From an uncultured Eubacteriales bacterium (lineage in GTDB: Bacteria; Bacillota; Clostridia; Oscillospirales; CAG-272), in NCBI GenBank assembly GCA_905187695.1, contig CAJJIY010000001.1, positions 74,035 to 138,034 of the forward strand: a DNA stretch of 64,000 bases, in the 5' to 3' direction. How positions within the stretch are numbered: position 1 is the stretch's first letter; every line of letters starts with the position of its first letter. The position numbers and the translations under genes were made by a program. The notes below the pieces were generated by a model. It was not told where the DNA came from. It saw nothing but the letters and a program-made list of their open reading frames with translations, and did not search any database. This document shows positions 56,066 to 62,617 of the stretch, one piece after another.

Positions 56066-58465
56066 ATGAATCTTTCCATGAAGTGGCTCTCTGATTTCGT
56101 AGATGTCAGAGATATTGATATTAAAGACTATTGCGACCGGATGACCCTGACCGGCTCCAAGGTCGAGGGTTATGAAAAAGACGGCGCCGAAATTGAAAAT
56201 GTCGTGGTAGCGCGCATCAAAAAGATTGAAAAGCACCCCGACAGCGACCATCTGCAGATCTGCCAGATGGATGTGGGCACCGGCACCGATGTACAGATTG
56301 TGACCGGCGCGCAGAACATTTTCGAGGGCGCGCTGGTTCCCGCCGCACTGCCCGTGGCGCATCTGCCCGGCGGCGTGGTCATCAAATCCGGCAAACTGCG
56401 AGGCGTGCCCTCGGACGGCATGCTCTGTTCCATGGGTGAACTGGGCCTTAGCGTGCACGAATGTCCCGGAAAAGAAGAAAACGGCATCCTCATTCTGGAT
56501 GAGGACTGCGCCGACAAGATCGGCACCGACATCCGGAAAGTACTCCTGATGGACGACACGAGCGTGGAATTCGAGATCACCTCCAACCGCCCGGACTGCC
56601 TTTCGATCATCGGCCTGGCACGGGAAACCGCGGCTTCCTTTGACCGCGAACTGCATCTTCCGATTCCGCATGTAAAAGGCGCGGGAGACGGCGACAGGAT
56701 CGGCAATTATCTTTCGGTCTGGATCGATGCGCCGGATCTTTGCCCGCGCTATGCCGCCAAAGTAATCAAAAATGTCCGGATCGCCCCCTCCCCCCTGTGG
56801 CTCCGGATGCGTCTGCGTGCCTGCGGCGTCCGTCCGATCAACAATATCGTGGACATTACCAACTATGTCATGCTGGAATACGGCCAACCGATGCACGCTT
56901 TTGATTACGCTTCTCTTTCCGGCTCCGAGATCCATGTGCGCCGTGCCCGGAACGGAGAAAAATTCAAATCGCTGGACAACATCGACCACATTCTGGACGA
57001 TACCATGCTGGTGATTGCCGACCGTGAAAAAGCCTGTGCGCTGGCCGGCGTCATGGGCGGTGCAAACAGCGAAATTCTGGATTCCACCCGGACCGTTGTT
57101 TTTGAAAGCGCCTGCTTTGCCGGCCCGAATGTGCGTGTGACGGCCAAGAAAAACGGTATGCGGACCGAATCCTCCGGCCGCTTCGAAAAAGGTCTTGATC
57201 CCGAAAACTGCTACGGCGCATTGCTTCGCGCCTGCGAATTGGTCGAAATGTTGGACGCCGGCGATGTGGTGGACGGCATGATCGACCTGTACCCCGGTAA
57301 GGCCGAACCGGTCACGCTTCCCTTCGAGCCCACGCGCTATAACGCTTTCCTTGGCACCGACATTGAAGAAAATCGGATGATCGCTTATCTTGAAAAACTG
57401 GACTGTAAGGTCAGCAACGGAAAAATTGCCGTTCCTTCGTTCAGAAACGATCTCCGTTGCATGAACGACATTGCCGAGGAAATCCTCCGGATGGACGGTT
57501 ATGACAAAATCCGCTCCACCCGCATCTGCGCTAGCACGACCGAGGGCGGCCGGACGCCGCGCCAGTCCTTTGCCATGGATCTGGAAAACGCGCTGATCGG
57601 TATGGGACTGGACGAAATCCAGACCTTCTCCTTCATTTCCCCGAAATATTACGATAAAATCCGGATGCCCGCAGACAGTCTGCTCCGGCGCTCGGTGGTC
57701 ATCTCCAATCCGTTGGGTGAAGACACCAGCGTCATGCGGACCACCATGCTTCCCTCCATGATGGAAGTAATCGCCCGCAACCTCAATTTCTCCAATGAAA
57801 ATGTGCGGCTCTTTGAACTGGGCTCCACCTATCTGCCCAACGAAAATCCCGCGCTTCTCCCCGAAGAGGGCCGCGTGCTCTCCATCGGAATGTACGGCGA
57901 TGCAGATTTCTACACGCTCAAGGGCGTCATTGAAAATCTTCTTTCGCTCTCCGCAGTCAGCGGCGTCACTTACGAGGCCGCGCAGGACAACCCCGCCTAT
58001 CACCCCGGCCGTTGCGCGCGCGTCCTGACCGGGGACGGAAAAGTGCTCGGCATTTTCGGTCAGGTTCACCCGTTGGTCGGCGCAAATTACGGCGTGACCG
58101 TGCCGGTCTTTGTAGCGGAAATCGATTTCCTCGCGCTCTTCGCGGCCTACAACCCCGCCAAGGTTTACCGTCATCTCCCCCGCTTCCCCGCCATCACCCG
58201 CGATTTTTCCTTTGTCTGCGATGAATCGTTGGAGGTCGGAAAGATCGAGGCGGTCATGGCCAAGGCCGGCGGAAAACTGGTGGAAAACATCCGTGTGTTT
58301 GATATTTACCGCGGCGCACAGGTCGGCGAAGGCAAAAAATCGGTTTCGCTGCGCATGACGCTGCGTGCCGAGGATCACACCATGACGGTGGATGACGCCG
58401 AAAAAGTGACCAAAAAAGTGCTCTTCCTCCTTGAGAAGGAGCTAGGGCTGACGCTTCGCGCCTGA
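56066..58465 (+). CDS. pheT: phenylalanine--tRNA ligase subunit beta
   Basis: 799 aa. tRNA-binding OB N-terminus, B3/B4, B5 and FDX-ACB C-terminal domains in order. Confidence 0.96.
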   Translation: MNLSMKWLSDFVDVRDIDIKDYCDRMTLTGSKVEGYEKDGAEIENVVVARIKKIEKHPDSDHLQICQMDVGTGTDVQIVTGAQNIFEGALVPAALPVAHLPGGVVIKSGKLRGVPSDGMLCSMGELGLSVHECPGKEENGILILDEDCADKIGTDIRKVLLMDDTSVEFEITSNRPDCLSIIGLARETAASFDRELHLPIPHVKGAGDGDRIGNYLSVWIDAPDLCPRYAAKVIKNVRIAPSPLWLRMRLRACGVRPINNIVDITNYVMLEYGQPMHAFDYASLSGSEIHVRRARNGEKFKSLDNIDHILDDTMLVIADREKACALAGVMGGANSEILDSTRTVVFESACFAGPNVRVTAKKNGMRTESSGRFEKGLDPENCYGALLRACELVEMLDAGDVVDGMIDLYPGKAEPVTLPFEPTRYNAFLGTDIEENRMIAYLEKLDCKVSNGKIAVPSFRNDLRCMNDIAEEILRMDGYDKIRSTRICASTTEGGRTPRQSFAMDLENALIGMGLDEIQTFSFISPKYYDKIRMPADSLLRRSVVISNPLGEDTSVMRTTMLPSMMEVIARNLNFSNENVRLFELGSTYLPNENPALLPEEGRVLSIGMYGDADFYTLKGVIENLLSLSAVSGVTYEAAQDNPAYHPGRCARVLTGDGKVLGIFGQVHPLVGANYGVTVPVFVAEIDFLALFAAYNPAKVYRHLPRFPAITRDFSFVCDESLEVGKIEAVMAKAGGKLVENIRVFDIYRGAQVGEGKKSVSLRMTLRAEDHTMTVDDAEKVTKKVLFLLEKELGLTLRA

Positions 58466-58469
58466 TATC

Positions 58470-58682
58470 ATGGAAAAAGAAAAAATCGCCCGCATCAACG
58501 AACTGGCGCGGCTCTCCAAAAGCCGCGCCCTGAGCGATGCGGAAAGAAAAGAGCAATCGCTCCTGCGGCAGGAATACCTGGATGAGATCAGGATCTCTTT
58601 CGGAAATACGCTGGAGCACACCGTGATCGAACGGCCGGACGGCACCCGCGTGAAACTACACAAAAAACAAGATCTCAAATAA
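58470..58682 (+). CDS. DUF896 (UPF0291) family small protein
   Basis: 70 aa. RINELARLSK...L(S/T)..E..EQ..LR.EYL pattern typical of DUF896. Confidence 0.8.
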   Translation: MEKEKIARINELARLSKSRALSDAERKEQSLLRQEYLDEIRISFGNTLEHTVIERPDGTRVKLHKKQDLK

Positions 58683-58695
58683 GAGCAGGTGCCCT

Positions 58696-59133
58696 ATGAA
58701 TACCGTTTATCATACCGCCACACCGGAAGAAACCGAAAAGATCGGCTCCCTGCTGGCCAAAGAGATTCTGGAGGATGGCAACGCTCCCCGTTTTGTAGCA
58801 CTTTTCGGGGATCTCGGCGTTGGTAAGACCGCATTCGTCCGCGGCGTGGCTTCGGTCATCGCGCCCGGCGCCGTCATCCGCTCCCCTACTTTCGCGCTGG
58901 TGCACGAACATCTTTCCGGCAAGATCCCGCTCTTTCATTTCGACCTCTACCGAATCACCGGAGAAGACGACCTTTATTCCATCGGATTTGACGATTATCT
59001 TGCCCGAAAAGGTCTTTGCCTGACCGAGTGGAGTGAAAATATTGAAAGCGAACTTCCCGCGCATTATTATCGCGTCACCATCCGGAAATGCGGAAAAGAA
59101 AACGGGCGGGAAATCACCATTTTAAAGCAATAA
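58696..59133 (+). CDS. tsaE: tRNA threonylcarbamoyladenosine (t6A) biosynthesis ATPase TsaE
   Basis: 145 aa. Walker A GDLGVGKT and SPTFALVHEH block. Confidence 0.88.
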   Translation: MNTVYHTATPEETEKIGSLLAKEILEDGNAPRFVALFGDLGVGKTAFVRGVASVIAPGAVIRSPTFALVHEHLSGKIPLFHFDLYRITGEDDLYSIGFDDYLARKGLCLTEWSENIESELPAHYYRVTIRKCGKENGREITILKQ

Positions 59134-59142
59134 GGGAATATT

Positions 59143-59859
59143 ATGCTGATTTTAGCTTTGGATAGTACGGCTCTGGCGGCCAGCGTCGCGCTCTGCCGTG
59201 ACGAAACGCCGCTGGCCGCCTTTACCCTGCAAAACGGAAATACGCACAGTCAGACGCTGCTGCCGATGGTCAGTTCTGCCCTGAAGATTGCCGGATACAC
59301 GATCTCCGATGTCGGACTTTTTGCCTGCAGCAAAGGGCCCGGCTCATTTACGGGCGTCCGTATCGGCGCGGCCACCGTCAAGGGTCTTGCCTTTGGGAGC
59401 GGGAAACCGGTCATCGGTGTCTCCACCCTGGAAGCGCTGGCCGAAAACCTGATGCCTGCGCGCGGATTGTTCTGTCCTGTCATGAATGCGCGCCGCGGGC
59501 AGGTCTACAATGCGCTCTTCCGCTCGGATGGGCAGACGCTTGTGCGCCTTTGCCCCGACCGTGCCGTTTCCCTTCCGGAACTGGAAAAAGAACTGGCCGA
59601 CTTGGGTGAACCTTATTTCCTTTGCGGCGACGGGAGCGCACTGGCGGCCGGGGCCTTACGCCTGCACGCGCCCGAAAACACCCCGGAACTTCTGCTCCCT
59701 CAAAATGCCGTTTCGGTTGCGCGCTGTGCCCTGCGTGCCTATCGCGCCGGTATACGGACTACCGAGGAAGAACTCGCCCCGGCCTACCTGCGCCTGCCGC
59801 AGGCCGAACGGGAGCGCCTTGAAAAAGAAAAAGCGAAAAAGGAAGGTACAAAGCCATGA
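59143..59859 (+). CDS. tsaB: tRNA t6A biosynthesis protein TsaB
   Basis: 238 aa. MLILALDST N-terminus and GPGSFTGVRIG motif. Confidence 0.88.
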   Translation: MLILALDSTALAASVALCRDETPLAAFTLQNGNTHSQTLLPMVSSALKIAGYTISDVGLFACSKGPGSFTGVRIGAATVKGLAFGSGKPVIGVSTLEALAENLMPARGLFCPVMNARRGQVYNALFRSDGQTLVRLCPDRAVSLPELEKELADLGEPYFLCGDGSALAAGALRLHAPENTPELLLPQNAVSVARCALRAYRAGIRTTEEELAPAYLRLPQAERERLEKEKAKKEGTKP

Positions 59860-60317
59860 AAAAAATCGTCATCGGCTCCGATCACGCCGGATTTGAAATG
59901 AAAGAAGAAATCAAAAAACACCTGGAAGAACGCGGATTTGAAGTGACCGATGTGGGCACGGATTCCGCCGCCAGTTGCCACTATCCGGTTTTTGCAAACC
60001 GTCTGTGCCGCCTGATTCAGGATGGGAAAGCCCCGATGGGTATTCTGGTCTGCGGCACCGGCATCGGCATGTCCATGGCCGCCAACAAAGAAAAGGGCAT
60101 CCGCGCCGCCTGCTGTGGCGACACTTTCAGCGCCCGGCTCACCCGGGAGCACAATGATGCCAATGTCCTTTGCATGGGCGCGCGCGTGATCGGCATCGGG
60201 CTTGCGCTGGACATTGTTGACCTGTTTACCGATACGGCTTTTATCGGCGGGAAACACGCCACCCGCGTTGGGATGATTACTGAAATTGAGAACGGTTCTT
60301 TCAATGAAAAAGAATAA
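59856..60317 (+). CDS. rpiB: ribose 5-phosphate isomerase B
   Basis: 153 aa. LacAB_rpiB family with KIVIGSDHAGFEMK and CGTGIGMSMAANK motifs. Confidence 0.92.
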   Translation: MKKIVIGSDHAGFEMKEEIKKHLEERGFEVTDVGTDSAASCHYPVFANRLCRLIQDGKAPMGILVCGTGIGMSMAANKEKGIRAACCGDTFSARLTREHNDANVLCMGARVIGIGLALDIVDLFTDTAFIGGKHATRVGMITEIENGSFNEKE

Positions 60318-61068
60318 ATTTTCTCATTTTATTGCTGATTGCCTAAAAAAAGCCGCCGGAAAGAACCCCAAACCGCGCACCTCGGCCGTCATTGTGGCCG
60401 CCGGGAATTCTACGCGGATGGGTGGAACAGTCTCCAAGCAGTTTCTTCTTCTTTCCAAAATGCCGGTGTTGGCACGCACGCTCCGTGCCTTTGAGGACAC
60501 CGCGCTGATCCGGGAAATTGTGGTGGTGGCCCGTCCGGAAGATTTCGGCACAATCGAAAGCATGGCCCGAACCTATGGCATTACCAAACTGACGCGCGTG
60601 GTTGTGGGTGGTGAAACCAGAGCCGCTTCTGTCAAAAATGGATTTGAAAAAATTTCGCCAGAAAGCGATTTCGTGGCCATTCATGACGGTGCGAGGTGTC
60701 TGGTGACGCCGGAAATGATTGAAAATGTCTGCCGCGCCGCTTATCGGCATAAAGCTGCCAGCGCAGTTGCGCCGATAACTGATACTATCAAAACCTCCAA
60801 TCCGCGCGGTTTTATTAAGGCCAGTTTGGATCGAAAAAAGGTCTTTTCGGCCACCACGCCGCAGGTCTTTTCGGCCGATCTTTACCGCGGCGCGTTCGCC
60901 CTTTGCAAAAACCCGGAGGATCTGACCGATGACAACCAACTGCTTGAAAAGCTACCCTTTCCGGTCAAGATGGTGGATTGCGGACGGGAAAACATCAAGC
61001 TGACTCTGCCGGTTGACCTTTACCTGGCCGAGGGCATTTTAAAATACCGGGAGGAACAAAACGCATGA
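60304..61068 (+). CDS. ispD: 2-C-methyl-D-erythritol 4-phosphate cytidylyltransferase
   Basis: 254 aa from [20 protein letters not shown] and VAIHDGARC motifs. 14-nt overlap with rpiB. Confidence 0.92.
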   Translation: MKKNKFSHFIADCLKKAAGKNPKPRTSAVIVAAGNSTRMGGTVSKQFLLLSKMPVLARTLRAFEDTALIREIVVVARPEDFGTIESMARTYGITKLTRVVVGGETRAASVKNGFEKISPESDFVAIHDGARCLVTPEMIENVCRAAYRHKAASAVAPITDTIKTSNPRGFIKASLDRKKVFSATTPQVFSADLYRGAFALCKNPEDLTDDNQLLEKLPFPVKMVDCGRENIKLTLPVDLYLAEGILKYREEQNA

Positions 61069-61556
61069 GAATCGGACACGGCTATGATGTGCACCGGCTG
61101 GTTTTGGGCAGGGCGCTCGTCCTTGGCGGCGTAAAAATCCCGTATGAAAAGGGGCTTCTCGGCCACTCGGACGCCGATGTGCTCACACACGCCGTGATGG
61201 ACGCCCTGCTCGGAGCGGCGGCGCTGGGTGACATCGGAACGCTCTTTCCGGACAGCGACCCCGCTTTTGCCGGCGCGGACAGCCTGCGCCTTTTAAAGAA
61301 AGTCGGCCGCCGGATTGAAAAAGCCGGTTATCAGATCGGAAATATTGATGCGACACTGCTTGCCCAAGCGCCAAAAATCGCGCCGTATATCGGGCAGATG
61401 CGGCAAAATCTGGCCGGAGCGCTGTCCGTGCCGATCTCAAATATCAGCGTCAAAGCCACCACGGAGGAAGGTCTCGGCTTTACCGGCACCGGAGAAGGCA
61501 TGGCCGCCCACGCGGTTGCACTGCTCTTCCCGCGGGAAATCATCCGACCGCTCTAA
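61065..61556 (+). CDS. ispF: 2-C-methyl-D-erythritol 2,4-cyclodiphosphate synthase
   Basis: 163 aa. [10 protein letters not shown] and [11 protein letters not shown] zinc/active-site motifs. ATGA overlap with ispD. Confidence 0.95.
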   Translation: MRIGHGYDVHRLVLGRALVLGGVKIPYEKGLLGHSDADVLTHAVMDALLGAAALGDIGTLFPDSDPAFAGADSLRLLKKVGRRIEKAGYQIGNIDATLLAQAPKIAPYIGQMRQNLAGALSVPISNISVKATTEEGLGFTGTGEGMAAHAVALLFPREIIRPL

Positions 61557-61567
61557 ACGCAAAAAAT

Positions 61568-61622
61568 CCGCCCGGTCCGTGACACCGGGCGGTATTGAAA
61601 AGCCGGTTTTCCGGGGCTTTTA
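61568..61622 (+). terminator. tandem hairpins after ispF (probable terminator region)
   Basis: CCGCCCGGT-7 nt-ACCGGGCGG, then AAAAGCCGG-TTTT-CCGGGGCTTTT. Confidence 0.6.
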
Positions 61623-61731
61623 CGGTTCACGACCCGCTGTTTTTCACTTCCACCCCTTGCCGCCGGCACACTTTAAAAGCCTTTCCCGATGTCAGAATAT
61701 GTCGAAAGAAAAGAAATTGTGAGGATTCCCT

Positions 61732-62373
61732 ATGAAAATTGCCCCTTCGCTTCTGGCCGCCGATTTTTCGGCGCTGGCCGATTCCGTCTCTAAAATCGAA
61801 TCGTCCGCCGATTTTCTCCATCTGGATGTCATGGACGGACATTTTGTGCCGAACATCTCTTTTGGCCCCGGCGTCATTACCGCGCTCCGGCCGCTTTCCA
61901 AGTTGTTTTTTGATGTTCATCTGATGATCGAGCACCCGGAACGCTATCTTTCCGCCTTCCGAAAGGCAGGGGCGGACGGCATCACGGTACATCTGGAAAC
62001 GCTGCGTGACCCCGCCGCGACCCTTGATGAGATCAGGACTTTGGGCGCCGCACCGGCACTGGCAATCTCCCCCGAAACGCCTGTTGAAGCGTTACTCCCC
62101 TTTCTGCCGCTTTGCAACATGGTGCTGGTGATGACGGTGCACCCCGGTTTCGGCGGGCAAGCGCTCATACCGCAGGCTCTTGCCAAAGCGGCTGTTTTAA
62201 AAGAAAAGATCTCTCAACTGGGGCTCAATTGTCTTGTTGAGGCGGATGGCGGCATCAAACCCGCCAACCTTGCCACGGTCCGCGCGGCCGGTGTGGATGT
62301 GGCCGGTGCAGGGTCGGCCGGTTTCGGTGCCGCCGACCCTGCGGCTGTCATTGCAGAAATGAAAAAAATCTGA
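61732..62373 (+). CDS. rpe: ribulose-phosphate 3-epimerase
   Basis: 213 aa. HLDVMDGHFVPN and MTVHPGFGGQ signatures. Confidence 0.93.
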   Translation: MKIAPSLLAADFSALADSVSKIESSADFLHLDVMDGHFVPNISFGPGVITALRPLSKLFFDVHLMIEHPERYLSAFRKAGADGITVHLETLRDPAATLDEIRTLGAAPALAISPETPVEALLPFLPLCNMVLVMTVHPGFGGQALIPQALAKAAVLKEKISQLGLNCLVEADGGIKPANLATVRAAGVDVAGAGSAGFGAADPAAVIAEMKKI

Positions 62374-62388
62374 AAAATCCCTTTAGAG

Positions 62389-62427
62389 AATCCGGGCTTC
62401 CGCTCTTTGCAGAAGCCCGGATTTTTT
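62389..62427 (+). terminator. rho-independent terminator after rpe
   Basis: AATCCGGGCTTC-11 nt-GAAGCCCGGATT followed by TTTTT. Confidence 0.85.
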
Positions 62428-62445
62428 GCTTTCCGCTTACAAAAA

Positions 62446-62476
62446 GTGTACACCTATTATCTCAATAGGTATACAC
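62446..62476. repeat. left 31-bp lox-like site (imperfect 12-bp palindromic arms around a 7-bp asymmetric core TATCTCA)
   Basis: GTGTACACCTAT-TATCTCA-ATAGGTATACAC. Positions 62447-62462 are the exact reverse complement of 62588-62603. Confidence 0.8.
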
Positions 62477-62486
62477 AATAAAAATG

Positions 62487-62521
62487 AAAACAGGAAAATA
62501 AAACCAAAAAACAGGAAAATA
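62487..62521 (+). repeat. two direct copies of AAAACAGGAAAATA spaced 21 bp apart, upstream of the -35
   Basis: Exact 14-mer at 62487-62500 and 62508-62521. Confidence 0.7.
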
Positions 62522-62534
62522 TTGTGTAAATATA

Positions 62535-62563
62535 TTGATTTTTCTATATTGTTGTGATATAAT
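62535..62563 (+). promoter_or_regulatory. near-consensus sigma-A promoter directed at the LRR lipoprotein gene, located between the two lox-like sites
   Basis: TTGATT-17 nt-TATAAT with an extended -10 TGa. Confidence 0.78.
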
Positions 62564-62573
62564 AAGAAGAAAA

Positions 62574-62604
62574 GTGTACGCCTATCAAGATAATAGGTGT
62601 ACAG
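62574..62604. repeat. right 31-bp lox-like site (core CAAGATA, i.e. inverted relative to the left site)
   Basis: GTGTACGCCTAT-CAAGATA-ATAGGTGTACAG. Ends 4 nt before the RBS GGAGG (62608-62612). Confidence 0.8.
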
Positions 62605-62617
62605 TATGGAGGACGTT

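Noticed and set aside
56039-58378. 779-aa minus-strand ORF.
   Set aside because: It is antisense to pheT over its full length. The composition is dominated by G/A/H/D/R/V runs, with no family signature and no promoter or RBS. It is a shadow ORF.
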